Shown here: in pieces, positions 1 to 12,589 of the stretch
How positions within the stretch are numbered: the stretch's first letter is position 1
How the letters are laid out: each line of letters starts with the position of its first letter
NCBI GenBank assembly: GCA_964234715.1
Contig: OZ174290.1
Length of the DNA stretch: 64,000 bases
Direction: 5' to 3' (one strand)
Source of the DNA: Podarcis melisellensis
Lineage: Eukaryota
Made by a program: the position numbers and the translations under genes
The notes under the pieces: model-generated
Seen by the model: the letters and a program-made list of their open reading frames with translations, nothing else
Told to the model about the DNA's origin: nothing
The model's database searches: none

Positions 1-403
1 AGTGCGCGCAGAAACACACGGTGCTGTTGCCTGCCAAAAAGTTGGCAGCTCCAGTCCCTACCACTGAGGTAAGGTGTGGCTGGCAGGAGACACACACCCC
101 TTCACAGCCAAAATAATGAGGGCGCAAGCAGCACCCAAGGGAGCGGAGCATGCAGGACTTGGAGGGGGGTGTATGTGCAGGTAGGGCATTGGAATGCAGC
201 CTTTGGGGTTGTGGGGTTGAGACAAGAAACCCGGGAACAACTGCTGTTCCTATTGTTGCAAAACTGTTTTTTATTGCTATTGTGAGCCACCTAGAGATTT
301 TGTTATTCGGTGGCATTTAAGTATTGTTAGTAAAACAAATCAATAAACTCAACTCAGACTGGCCAAGTTTGAGAAAAGACAAAGGACACATGATGAGTCC
401 TCT

Positions 404-413
404 ACACACACAG

Positions 414-459
<46 letters not shown>
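404..459. repeat. compound (CA)n(GA)n microsatellite
   Basis: Direct reading: acacacacagacacaca... followed by gagagag... Confidence 0.95.
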
Positions 460-460
<1 letters not shown>

Positions 461-710
461 ACCCCAGAACTGACAGTTAATGTCCCCAACAGTCTGTAGT
501 GTTGTCATTGTCCTCATCATAATATTTTCAGGAAGCCTGGGAGGAGCCAAAAGCTGCAGCTCCATCAGAGATTGTCAACGTGTGTCGTGTGAGGCTGATT
601 TTAGGCTCTTAAGTCCAGCAAGCAGGAGAATTACAAAGTGAGCAACCTAAGTGGCAGCTTGGCACAGATTTTAACTATGGCAGCTCATTATTAGAGAGAG
701 AGAAAGAGAA

Positions 711-769
711 GGAAAGGAAAGGAAAGGAAAGGAAAGGAAAGGAAAGGAAAGGAAAGGAAAGGAAAGGAA
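711..769. repeat. (GGAAA)n pentanucleotide microsatellite inside a polypurine tract (693-772)
   Basis: 11 perfect GGAAA units plus GGAA. Confidence 0.95.
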
Positions 770-2246
770 GAACACGCAAAGGAAATTAGAAAGAACAACC
801 CAATATGACAGCACAGTTGCTCCAGAGCCCCTGGCTAAATTATAAAGCAGTTTACTGAGGTGGAAAGCTGAAGCAAGAGCTGAGGACAGAATATGTGAAA
901 ACCATCTGCAGATTTAAAAATAATCTACTTCACAACAGCCCTGGAACATATTCTCCTACAGAAAATAAGCAGGATTCCTTGTTGCTGTGAAATGTTGGGG
1001 CACAGGAAAGGGAATTATTAGAAGCATTCCAGGATTGTTCCGTCCTCAAGAATGAAGATATCAAGAGTCTAAAATAGCTTTAAAATAAAATAAAAAATTG
1101 TCTTCTTTAAATCCACTCTGCATGCTTGGGGGAAATGGACTGCAATATGAGCTTGCTGAAATCCAGGACAAAGCTGCTCTGGCGCTAACAAGCCCCTCTT
1201 CTCCTCCTCCTCCCTCTCAGTGACAGATGCCTCCCTACCTACAATAAATATAGGTTGTGTTCCCCACCCTCCCTCCCACCCCCCTTGCACATGAAGGGAT
1301 GTATGTCTTAATTAAGCAGGACACTAGCAGCATGGCTAATGATTTTTGCTGCTTGCTATGTAAATCTCCACTCCATGCCAGGGTTAACTTCCTACCCGGG
1401 GGTTTTGTGCAAGCACTGGGGTGCACGTCTGCTCATTATTTCACGCCAGGAAATCCATCTAACAAGGCAGAAAGGGTGCCCAGTCACAAACGCGCCTTCT
1501 CGCTTAGTTCTAAATTTAGCCAAGAGCTTTGCCAACAGTAGCAAGACCCCTACCTCCCCTAGACCCTGGCATCAGAAGCCATGGCTTAACTGGGATATTG
1601 TGGGGGGGGGGAGGGTTCTTTTGATTTAGCTAGCTGGAAAGCCGGATATTCATTAAATTATGCCTTTATGGTCAGGAAATCACAGGGAAATGAAAACTGG
1701 AGCAGTCAGGTCGCCATCCGAAGCCCAGAAGAAGTCTGACCAAAGAATGGGAGGTCCTACAGAGAAACTAAATAGATGGGCAGGAGCCTAACTTCCCTCT
1801 CTCAGGAGGCTTCTCAAAGGCTTGCAGGTACTTGGCCAATGGAGGGCACCCAAAGTATTAAATAGGCCATAGGTGAAGATTAAGAAAGCACAATTTTTTC
1901 CTTGCCCCTCCCCGGGGCGTTTTTTCTACTTCAACCTTGCTACCTTGCAGGCCCGCAACACATTTTTGCTGCCTGAAGTAGAACCCAAATAGCAGTTTTG
2001 CTCTACCCCAGACTTGGAACAGTATTCAGACACCAGTTCCAGCATACATTCTTTCCTCCAATCTCCCTCACCCCAATTTATTGTTGCTGCCCAAAGCAGG
2101 TCAGTTTCACCCTGATACAGAGCTGGGCTGGCTCCATTCAGCAATCAACTATCCTTCCAGGTTAGTCAGCTCCCCAAAGCAACAGCCCCTGAGACCATGC
2201 CAAAATTTGCTGGTCCAACCTTGTCAGCAGGAGAAGTGTCATTTCT

Positions 2247-2275
2247 CTGCTGCTGCTGCTGCTGCTGCTGCTGCT
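2247..2275. repeat. (CTG)n trinucleotide repeat
   Basis: ctgctgctg... run. Confidence 0.9.
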
Positions 2276-2758
2276 ATAGCAGTAAACTCTGGATCATTGT
2301 GTAGAGACCAGCACATGCTTCCAAGCACTGAAGCAGTTCATCTCCCTGGCCAGGCTCTCAAATGTGGGGGGAATGACCCTACCCCCCCACCTCAAGAGGA
2401 AAGGACTAGTTGGATATACTTATCCATTTTTGCAGAGACACCAGTAATGCTTTCCTTGATAGAAATAACACACACACACACGCCAGCAAACACTTCCTTT
2501 GCAACAGATCTTTGGACAGATTCAGCTATTGTCCATGCCAAGAAGTCTTCATGCAGGGCTTGATGGGTCTGATTGCACCTTCTTGGGAGCCAACTGAACA
2601 AAATATACCTTCTCATTGTGATCAAGAGTTCAGTGCAAATCAAATGCTTCCTTCCTTTCACGGAACACAAATTCTCTTTAGAGGTAAGAGATGTCTGACA
2701 AACATTGTTCCTGGCATTTTGCTCCAGGATTTGAAGAAGCTCAATGTCTTCACTTCTC

Positions 2759-3402
2759 TTGCCTATGCTCTGGTAACCTCTGGGTTAAATTACTGCAATG
2801 AACTATATGTAGGCCTGCTTTTGAAGATGGTCCAGAAACTGAAGGAAGTTCAGGTTTCTGCAGCCAGGTTGCTCACTGGGGCAAAACTGAGCACAAAACA
2901 CCAATCCTGGCCCAATTGCAATGGCTGGCAATTAGTGTCCAGGCTCAATTCAAAGTTATGGTTTGGACATTTAAAGTGCTATACAGATCAGCACCCCAAT
3001 ATCTGAAGGTGCCCCATGAACTGACCCAGACCCCGCAATCATAATCACAGGCTCTTCTCCATGTGCTCCCTCCATGAGAGGTCCAAAAGGTGGCAACACA
3101 AAAATAGGCCTTTTCAGTGGAATGCTCTCTCCAGGGAGGCTCACCTGGTGCCATCTTTGTCTAGTTTTAGGCACCAGGCAAAGACTTTTCTTTTTACCTG
3201 GGCTTTTGGCCCTTAATTTGATGGGCTGATGGGGTTTTTGGGAGGGGTGGTGGTAGTTTTTGTGGCTTCTTTTAGTGGGGCAGGAGCTGCTATACCTGTG
3301 CTATATTTGTGGGTTTTTAAGGTTTTTATTGTGCTTATTGTAACTGGCTTTAGTATTTCTATTGTGTTTAGAAGTTACTGTGAGACATTTTCATGACCAA
3401 AG

Positions 3403-3436
<34 letters not shown>
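2759..3436 (+). mobile_element. L2 LINE 3' fragment (ORF2 C-terminus, 3' UTR, (ATT)n tail)
   Basis: Translates ALVTSGLNYCNELYVGLLLKMVQKLKEVQVSAARLLTG, matching the L2 ORF2 motif ALVTSRLDYCN..Y.GLP......LQ.VQN.AARLLTG; T-rich UTR; (ATT)n at 3404-3436. Confidence 0.85.
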
Positions 3437-3438
<2 letters not shown>

Positions 3439-5625
3439 ACAAGTGCCATCAGCTGTTATTGGTGCTCACACTGTGACCCATGTGCAACAGGTGAGCTGCT
3501 CAGCAAAGTTCCTGCAGAACCAGCTGCCACCACCACACCTGATCTCTGGCTTTGTTTCCAAGCAGACCTTGGGAGCTCCATGTGGAGCCCAGAGGCTCTC
3601 TACAGAAATGAAGACGAAGGTGGCCACACGTGGCTGGGAGTGGCTCACAGGTGCTTCACTGAGCAGCGTGCCTGCTGCTGAAGAACTTAGAAGAAAAGGG
3701 AAGCCCTTTTCAATGGGGTGGGATAGAAGAGCAACCCCAGCATCTATCCCCACCACACCAGGAAAGGGTTCCTTGTTCTGTTTTCCTTTTTTAAGAAGAG
3801 TGCTGCAGCAGCAGGCATCCTGCTCAGCAAAGCACCTGTCAAGCCAGCTCTACCAGCCATGCGCACCTATTGCTTGGCTCAGCAGCATGCCTGCTGTCAT
3901 GCAGCTGTTTTTCAAAACGACCAGAAAAGGAAAGTGGAAGCCCTTTGTGACACCACTATAAGCTTGCGGGGAAGTGGGGGCAGGAGTGTAGAGTAGAGGG
4001 GACGGAGGTTGGGAGCGGGAGTTGGGTGGTGATGACAAGGCAAGTTGGCCGGCTGGCTGGCAAAGTGGAGCAGCAGAGTGCAGGATGTCCCTATGGGCTC
4101 CCAGCTCCCAGGGCATTTGCCCCAGAACACAAAAGAATTTCTTCAGCAACACTCCACCTAAGCAAGAAAGCTGCATGAGACAATCTCTGAAGAATTTTGC
4201 TACAAAAATGTATTCACGCAGGTTTTTGCAAAAACACCCACCCACCCACAACACCACCACCACCACAACTTTTTTTCCCTCTCTCTCTCCCGCTCTGTTA
4301 CACCTGCCCAGAGGCGTGGGGATGTAAACAGCAAGGGCAGATGCAACAGGCATTTTCCTACTCCGAGTGAATGAATTTTACATCAGACCAGCACATGCTT
4401 CCACAGAAAGTAAGGCTGAATTTTCCCAGCATGTCTAAAAGGTAGGAATCATGAAGGCGCTTGCACTTCCCTCCAGGGAAAAAGAGCACAAAGCTAAGAC
4501 CGGGGAGGGGATGTATGAGCGTGTGCGAGTAATTCCACATTTTCAATCATTCTCAAGAGCTAATCCGAACAGTATAGTAAAGCTCCGGCTGGCAACAAGC
4601 CACAAAGGGCTTCCCACAAAGCCACAAAGAGCATTGAGAGACCAGAAAGAGGCTCTTGTCATTTTGACCTGTTTCTTAGAGAAAAAGGCGGCTGCTGGAA
4701 GCGCTCAAAGGCTCTGGACGCAGAGCAGCCACCAGTACAGCCCAATAACCTCAACTAGAAAAGTTTCCTTTTATTAAAGGCAACTCTTTCAATACAACTC
4801 CCCAGCCTTTAGCAGGCAGGCAAAACAGTAGCTGGTAATAAAAAGTCTTCTCTACCCCTCACTCAAGGATACAAGGTGAAGTGCCCCTCCATACACACAC
4901 TGCTACCTGTCCCAAATTTGCACAGAAACATAATGCAAGCTACAGTATTCAGACCCCTTCTAGGAGGGGAAAAACCCTTGTCTCTGCGCCCCAGAAAATG
5001 CCTTGATTTCATGTAAGGCTAAAACCTATAACCAATTTAACTTGGTTGAGTAATCAATGGGGCTTTCCTTCTAAAAGTGACTAGTGATTTATTAGGAATA
5101 ATCCAAAATTAGGATAGGGCTGTACCTCACAGATATCAAAGGATCTAACATGAACAGATACATGATTAAGGCCCCCCAAGGGTGTGTTTGTTTAAATAAA
5201 TTCATAAAACCTAGGGTCCTTTTAAATTAAGCTGCAAGTTTCCTCACATGTTCAAGCACCTTTGTGGAGTTTTTGGAAATAGGCATATTCGTCTGAAATC
5301 AATCAAATTCAGAGAAGTAAAACCAGAAAACAAAACAGCAACAACAACCCTGGTTATAAGATGAGGGAAAGTGAACTAAAAGAGCTGAGAGATGGGATGT
5401 TGCCAGGGGTGACTAAATAAAAGAAGGGAAAGAGCAAAGAATTTGGAGATCCAGCAAGCAGGCAACCACCAAATAGATCTGAATCTGGAGCTAGGAGGTG
5501 TCACGCCTGGGTTCTTGCGTTGTGTAATGGCATTTCTCACTTGCCTCTGTTTATCCTAAGAGCCAAACCATTGTACCATCCCCTAACAAACTATCCTGCT
5601 TCCTAGAATACAGTGCCTGTGTTGT

Positions 5626-5913
5626 CGGTGGCGTACCTTCCTGTTTGGGTGCCCGGGGCGGCATGCGCACCCTGCAGCAGAGGGCGGAGCAAGTTGCCCA
5701 TGAGGGCGGAGCAAGCTGCCCATGGGGGTGGGGCGAGCCAAGGCAGGGCACGCTGTGTGGAGCCTCTCCGCCACCTCCCCCTCAGCTGTAGGACGGCTGA
5801 GGAGGTGGGCAGAAGCAAGCCCCATGCTGCTCAAAAGAGAGGCGTGGCTCAGGCACGCTGCAAACCCCCGCGGCAAAGCCCAGAGCCCCCCGCCTCACCT
5901 AGCTACGCCTCTG
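5626..5913. mobile_element. GC-rich non-autonomous DNA transposon (hAT/Tip100-like)
   Basis: Imperfect TIRs cggtggcgtacct / agctacgcctctg; internal repeat gagggcggagcaag(t/c)tgcccatg twice; no TSD seen. Confidence 0.55.
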
Positions 5914-6034
5914 GATCAGGCAGATTCATGGAGGAGAGGGCTGTCAAAGGCTACTAGCCATAAAGGCTGTGCTCTGCCTGCAAAGTTGGAGGCAGCGATG
6001 CTTCTGGCAATCACTCGAGAGGAGAGTGCTTTTG
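5914..6034 (+). mobile_element. CR1 LINE 3' UTR fragment
   Basis: ttcatggaggagagggctgtcaaaggctactagcc...ggaggcagcgatgcttctg; homologous to 38190-38300 in this window. Confidence 0.7.
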
Positions 6035-6177
6035 CAGTGGTGTAGAAAGGGGCATACGGTGGGTGTGGGAGTTATTTTTTCAAAAACATATTTTTGCCAT
6101 TTTGTCACCGCCCCGCCCCCCCCAGTGATGACACCCAGGGCCACCGCACCCACCTCACCCCCCTTTCTACGCCACTG
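6035..6177. mobile_element. short hAT-like MITE inserted in the CR1 tail
   Basis: 18-bp TIR cagtggtgtagaaagggg / cccctttctacgccactg (1 mismatch); TSD degenerate (tgcttttg / tgcattgt). Confidence 0.75.
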
Positions 6178-7777
6178 TGCATTGTAGGTTTAAAGAGCTG
6201 CTGAATGGTGGTAAAGTAGCGGGTGACTTGTTATTATTATTTATTACTTAGCATCCACAGGCCTTGGGGTGATTCCTCCTCATTTCATATATGGCAGTTG
6301 GTTCACAAGATGCCATTGTGTCACTGTGGGGCTTGGGACGGTGCTCAGTTGGTAGAGCTCACAAAGAGAGCCCAGCTAGATAGGAACCCGGTTTCTTCAA
6401 AGCTAGGGCAGCGCTATGGAGGAGCTGCTGCTAAAAGCTGAGGCTGGTTCTAGCTCTGCAGCCCACGGTGGCACCAACCTCTCTTCCCTGCCAGAAAGCA
6501 GACAGCCTAAGAGAGCTTTGGTGACAGTGATGCAGTCAAGAGCCCCAGCTGCTATCTGGACAGATGACAAGATCCTTAATATATATATATATATATAAAC
6601 TTAAAAAAAAGCCAGGAGGTTGCAAAATGAATTCAGTATCAATTATTCTGGGATATATATGCTAATGTGGGGGAAGGGGTGCAGGAGTGGAATCCATCTC
6701 AGCTTCAGTTAATTTCAAGCACAAAAACGCAACTGAGCCTGAGGAAGGGGTGATATTAAAAGAGAGAGACAAGCTTGCATATTAAAAACGATGTGGATGG
6801 ACGGGGCTCACTGCTGCAGAGATTGCAGATTGGCCAGGCAGCATTAGAGGGGGAGGCGCTTGTTTATTAATTTGCAACCATCTCCTTTGTATGATGAACA
6901 GCAACAGCAGCCTCCTCCCTTCGCGAGAACACCGCCCATGAAAAATGCATTTTCATTAATATAAATTGTTTGCAGTTGGTAAATTAATTCTGGGAATGGT
7001 TTCCATGCAGAGCAAATGACTCTTTCAGCAGAGATGAGGCAGTGCTGGGTGGGCATGAAAGACACCCCCCTCCCGTCCAGCTTTAAAATGATAAACACAA
7101 GAGAGGAGGTGAATATCTGCTGCCCCAGACAGATGCTTCCTTTAGGCCGCCTAAATCTACTTGGAAATGCAACAAAAGCCAGGGATAGCACCACAACACA
7201 CCCTCTGGTGAGATAATGCTTTAAAATACAGCGCAAGGAGTAGCTGAAAAACAGGGGATGGGCTCAATGCACAAGAAGGAAAAGATAGGTAGGTACTTTA
7301 CACCCAAGCTGGGCATTGGTTCATCAAACCTAGTATCTGCACTAGCATGGAGGCTGGATCTGATTAGAATTGCAGTCCAAAGCATCTGAAGGGTGCAAGG
7401 TTCATCTTCACTGACTGGCAGCAGCTCCCCAGGACTCAGGCAGGATTTTTTGCCAGACCTACCCAGAGGTTGGACTGGCTTCCAGGTTTGATGGAGCCCT
7501 GAGCACCATGCCTCTAGTCTAGTGTGTTCTTCCCTTCCCTCTAGTGGGCGACTGTGGTGGCGGCAGCATACTGTGACCTAGCATTTGCCATGGCAAATCT
7601 GAATGGCAGCAGAATGCAGTGCTAAAGCATCAAACAACGAAAAGGGTGGTTGTGGGCGTGGTTGTAAAGAAAAGAGGCTTAAGACTCAAGCACTAGGGCC
7701 CAAGGGGTGTGTCTAGCCCTGCTGGAAGATGCTAACAGGGCTAGGAAGAAACGGCCACATTTTAGGCAAGTAAATCT

Positions 7778-7926
7778 GCTCAGCGAGAGGGCATAAGCTT
7801 TACATGCAAAAGATCCCAGGTTCATTCCCTGGGAACCTGGAGAATCACTGACAATCAGTATAAACGATACTGAGCTAGATGGACCAAAAGTCTGATTCGC
7901 AAGAAAGTACCTTCCTATGTTCCTAT
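7778..7926 (+). mobile_element. Squam3-like tRNA-derived SINE
   Basis: gctcag...atcccaggttcattccctgg head (B-box-like), ctgagctagatggacc body, ttcctatgttccta tail. Confidence 0.7.
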
Positions 7927-8391
7927 GACTTATTAAAGAATAGCTTCCTACGCCATACGGTTTGTGATATACACATGTACTCAGCAGCAGGAGCAAGCAC
8001 CTTTTGAAAAGATGTGCCCATTTTGGCCTAACTTGCTACAGTAAAGGGACAGACTGGTTCAATGTCATTTTTAACGCATTAAAGAAAATCACCTGAGAGG
8101 GGCTGCTACTGCCCTGAACTTGATAAATTGGCAGTTATGGCACTCAGGCGAGTTGTACGGAGCTGGAAGAACAGCAGCAATAGCCCACTCAGGCTACTAC
8201 TGGCAAACTCCCAAGAGAAGCTCTTCTCACAGATCAGTAGACCCAAGAGCTATTCAACGCTCCATCCTTCATTCGGGGTTGGGGGACAGGTAAGGGAAAA
8301 GCACAGTGCACTAACTGACAGTTCTCTCCGCAACTCTGGCTTCCCAAGATGCTGCCTATGGACAGAGGAGGCCTCTTGCTTCCCTCTAAGA

Positions 8392-8527
8392 CAGTGTTCC
8401 CCAACCTTCGCCCTCCAGCTGGTTTTGGACTACAATTCCCATCATCCTTGACCACTGGTCTTGCTAGCAAGGGATGATGGGAGTTGTAGTCCAAAAACAG
8501 CTGGAGGCCCAAGGTTGGGGAACACTG
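8392..8527. mobile_element. 136-bp palindromic hAT (Charlie-type) MITE, end type cagtgttccccaacctt
   Basis: Near-perfect hairpin; perfect 8-bp TSD ctctaaga (8384-8391, 8528-8535). Confidence 0.92.
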
Positions 8528-8621
8528 CTCTAAGAAGTAGCACTGCAACTTGGGGAAGCTGGTCAAGGCTGGAAAGGGGCGCACAGAGAACAAATAACAA
8601 CCCCTGTCAAGACTTGAAAGG

Positions 8622-8644
8622 GTGTGTGTGTGTGTGTGTGTGTG
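8622..8644. repeat. (GT)n microsatellite
   Basis: Direct reading. Confidence 0.9.
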
Positions 8645-9060
8645 CAGGCATATGTTCTTAGGGATGGTTTCTTGTGGGGAGGGAGGATGAGGAAAGACAT
8701 GTATATTTTGATCTTTCCCTGCCCACACTCACCCACTTCCTGCTGTTTAATTGCACCTGGGAGGGGCCACTACATCAAGCTCAATATAGATTTTCATCAT
8801 CATCATCATCATTACTGGTTGGCATTGCCAACAGTTTTGCATGGAGGTTTTTCAGGCGGAGGGTAATTACATTCGGTAGGTTTGCAAATAATGACATAAC
8901 CCAGTCACCTTACTGTGGGGATGATTTATTGCAAATAACAAAATGTTATTATATGGAAATTAGTCTCCGCACAAATGGCAGTCTGGAAAGTATAGCTAGG
9001 GAATGAATTTAATCATATGGGCAGCAACCAGATGCTACGGAGGACGATGGACAGCACTAA

Positions 9061-9263
9061 GGGCTCATCCAGACTTGCACTTGTCCCATACCTAGGAAAA
9101 AATGGTCTGAGTGGTTTTGCCCCAGAAAACACTGTCTTTAGTGATAAATCAGAGCAAACGTCAATCCAGAAAAAAAACCAATTGAGATTTGCCCTGATTC
9201 AGTGGTAAAGATCAGGTTTCCTCAGGGAAAAACAGCATAACAAGGGCAAGTCTGGATAAGCCC
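9061..9263. mobile_element. PIF/Harbinger-type MITE
   Basis: 18-bp TIR gggctcatccagacttgc / gcaagtctggataagccc (1 mismatch); TAA on both sides (9058-9060, 9264-9266). Confidence 0.8.
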
Positions 9264-10512
9264 TAAAATTCGGGGGGGGGGGGGCACACATGGCCTAACC
9301 CTTTGGCAAGGGACAGAAGGCCATTTTGAAGGGAGAACAAGGATTTGATGGAAAGAGGGAGCACCCTAACACAAAACAGCGGCTTCACACTCAAGCCATA
9401 TGCTCGCCCTTTAATTGTCACTGTCTACCTGACCTGCCAGTGCTTGGGCACAGATAAAGCCAGGTCAGAGCACACAAGCCAACGATGGGGTGCAGGCATT
9501 ATCCCTGCAGCCATCTGTCCCTCCCTCCTTCCTCTGGAGGGGTAACATGGAAATCACTGCTGCTGCTGTTGCTGCTACAGTTCAAGAGGGACCCAAGTTC
9601 AATGGCTAAGCAAAGGCACTGAATGTCAAAAGCTCAGGAAAGGCTTTTCTTTGCTGCCAATCACAGCAGATGCACTATGGCTAGATGAGCCAATGTCTTG
9701 TTTAAGTATTATACATTTTTATATGTTCATTTTTATATGTCATCTGCTAGGATCACTGACAGAGATGCTGACTTGAGCCACCTTCACTGGTGCCAAGCAG
9801 ATGCAGATGTCTCACATGGTGGCTAAGGGCCACTGACTAGTGTGAAGAGATGTTCACATGTGTGAATGTGTGGCAATACACATCAAACCAATAATCCTGC
9901 AAATTTTAGCACAAGAGTGCCACTAAGATGTTGGAGGAGGAGGAGGAAGAGAAGACAGAGGGTGAAGAAAGAGATGGGACTGGAGGGGGGGAAGGAATTT
10001 CCCAATCTTTTGGACCCCCTGGGAAACTCAACAAACCTGCTACACCTGGAACTGGGTGTGAAGAGTGTGGAACCAGAGCAGGAGCCAATTGAACTGAGAG
10101 GTTTCCTGTGGCTACCATGTCTTATGCCAACTGAAGATTTTGAGGACACTAGAACCCATGGACAACCATGAAGCTGAACGTTGGATGATTCAGGACAGAT
10201 AAATGAAAGTACTTCTTCATGCAGCATATAATTTTGGGCACTCGCTCCCACTGTTTTCACATTTCCCCCAATTGAGTTTTTAAAACTGGAATCCATTTGT
10301 GAATGAAACCCATCCACTCTCCATGAGACCTTCATGACAATCCAGCATCTAGAAGCTTACTGGCCTTCAGAAGGGAAGTTCTTGGCTCTCTGATGGTGCC
10401 AGTGAACCTGAAGTAGCAACAGAAAGCAGCTCCTACAGTGGAGCAAAACCCTCCAGTCAACACCACCACCCAAATGTATTACTGCCACCTCACTTTACCG
10501 CTAGGCAGTGTA

Positions 10513-10743
10513 CAGTGGTACCTCAGGTTACAAACACCTCAGATTACAAACACTTCAGGTTACAGACTCCACTAACCCAGAAGTAGTACCTCAGGTTAAG
10601 AACTTTGCCCCAGGATGAGAACAGAAATCGTGCAGCAGCAGCGGGAGGCCCCATTAGCTAAAGTGGTACCTCAGATTAAGAATGGTTTCAGGTTAAGAAC
10701 GGACTTCTGGAACGAATTAAGTTCATAACCAGGGGTACCACTG
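10513..10743. mobile_element. Tc1/mariner (Tigger/pogo-like) MITE
   Basis: TIR cagtggtacc / ggtaccactg; TA TSD; repeated tcaggtta motif; homologous to 18305-18530. Confidence 0.9.
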
Positions 10744-10841
10744 TACCTCATTCTAACTCTAGGATCAAAGGCAGGCTGGCCTTGATAAAAGTGCAGAAAG
10801 TCTTTCTTCAAGTTTGAGGAATAAATCTATCACCTGCCATT

Positions 10842-11073
10842 GTGGATTTGATATCCCGCTTTATCACTAAGGAGTCTCAAAGTGGCTCACAATCTCCTTT
10901 CCCTTCCTCCCCCACAACAAACACACTGTGAGGTGAGTGAGGCTGAGAGACATCAGAGAAGTGTGACTAGCCCAAGGTCACCCAAGCAGCTGCATGTGGA
11001 GGAGCGGGGAAGTGAACCCGGTTCACCAAATTACAAGTCCACTGCTCTTAACCACTACACCACACTGGCTCTC
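10842..11073 (-). mobile_element. Squam2-like tRNA-derived SINE
   Basis: Minus strand begins gagagccagtgtggtgtagtggttaagagc (A box) then gaaccgggttcact (B-box-like) and ggtgaccttgggctagtcac core. Confidence 0.85.
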
Positions 11074-12589
11074 AGGGGGCAATCAGTTCCTATAACAAAA
11101 GCTCAGCCCAGCCCATCTCTTCACCTAACCCCACCTCCGATGAGAACATGTTGTGGCTTCTGTTGATCACAGCCCAGCCTGTTTGTCATAGGGCAGAAGA
11201 TGGGCAAAGCAATGACAGCCAGTGGTGGAAGAAGCCCTATACTGGAGCTGAGTGTCAGCTTTTCCCCAGGACTCACTCTCCTCCCAAACAAGGCAGACTT
11301 GCACCCTGAGAAGTGAATGCGACTCATTAGCGCTGCCTGCTCCTTCCCCCTCCTGCCCCCACGGCACCCAGGCTGGGCAACGGCCGCAGCTGGCCAGGCA
11401 GCCCGAGCCCCACGATCTGCCTGTCACGTGGGCCGAGCCTCGCGGCTGGGCTCTGATGCGTAAAAGGATTTACAGATGTAAAGCCACATCTCGATAGTGC
11501 TTGGAACAAATCCCTGACATTCTTCACCCAGCGCTGCACTAACCGGCCAGGCTCTCTCTCTAGCAGAGCGGAAAGGCAGCTCCCTGCTGTCCAGGGGCTG
11601 TGCTTCCCATTAACCATTTCAGGGCTCTTCCAAACCTCTACGATGACAGGGGGCTGAATGGTGACAATTATTTGCCAACCGAGATGAGTCATTTGCATGT
11701 TATTCATCTGTGATGCTGAGAAGCTTGAACCTGTCATTATCATTTGGCATCAGCGGCGGCGCACCAGGAGGTGAGAACAGTTGGCGCAGGCGCACACCAT
11801 GCTGCCACCACCCTATTTGCTTTCATCTCTGCTAAAATGACAACAAACTACCACATCTGAGGCCGACTCAAGGTTGCCTAATGAGCAGGATGCTGCAGCA
11901 ATGGACTCCATGATCCACAGCTCTGGCTTGTCAGGGGCTGAAGAGGAAGCATAGCGGGGGGTGGGGGTGTTTGTCAAGCAGGCAAGTATCAAACCTGGCC
12001 ACTGGGAAATTAGCTGATTAGTGGGTAGGCCCTGCCTTTTCAGCTGCCTTCTATTGTCTCCTGGAGGGGAAAAAAATCAAATCTAGTGTAATGGCGGAAA
12101 TGGCACACAATACTGTGGTTCCCAGAGCATATCTCATCTTCCTTTATCACAGACACACAGAAAAAGGCTGCGGATTGATAGACATCTGGTCCACCTGATA
12201 CCCAAATCTGATGCCATTTGGACGTGGAACGTGGCAGGAAAAGCTCTGGGCCTCGGGGTCAAAAGCACATCTTTCTTCCCTGAGCATGGGCATGCAGCTT
12301 CTGCATGCTTGAAGCATTGCAATCAGCTGACCAAAATGCAGACAATTGCTCAATTACCAAGCAGAATCACAGTTGCAACAGACCTCAAAAGTCAAGTCCA
12401 ACCCTCTGCTGATGCATGAAATCCACCCTAGCTTTGTCCAAAGAAGGAGAGTCTACCCCCACCTCCCCCACAGCTGTCTGTCCATCCCAATGCCAAACAG
12501 TTCATATTTACATTAGGGGGTTCATCCTAATGTTTTATCAATTCTTTATCTTGTAATTTGAACCCACTGCTTCAATCTGCTTCATCGTC

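Noticed and set aside
2410-3006. 198-aa ORF
   Set aside because: The C-terminal half is decayed L2 ORF2 and the N-terminal half runs through a CA repeat; not a host gene.
3362-3961. 199-aa ORF with poly-Ile
   Set aside because: Poly-Ile is the (ATT)n L2 tail; non-ATG start and no recognisable domain.
6343-6396. gctcagttggtagagc tRNA-like A box
   Set aside because: No cloverleaf or proper B box; at most a SINE-head remnant.
9883-10335. 150-aa minus ORF and overlapping Ser/Pro-rich frame
   Set aside because: Low-complexity purine-rich sequence, no homology recognised; frames from the nearest acceptor-like site close quickly.
10520-10720. Periodic tcaggtta repeats resembling a CRISPR array
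   Set aside because: Short irregular subterminal repeats inside a TA-flanked MITE in eukaryotic DNA; no cas genes.
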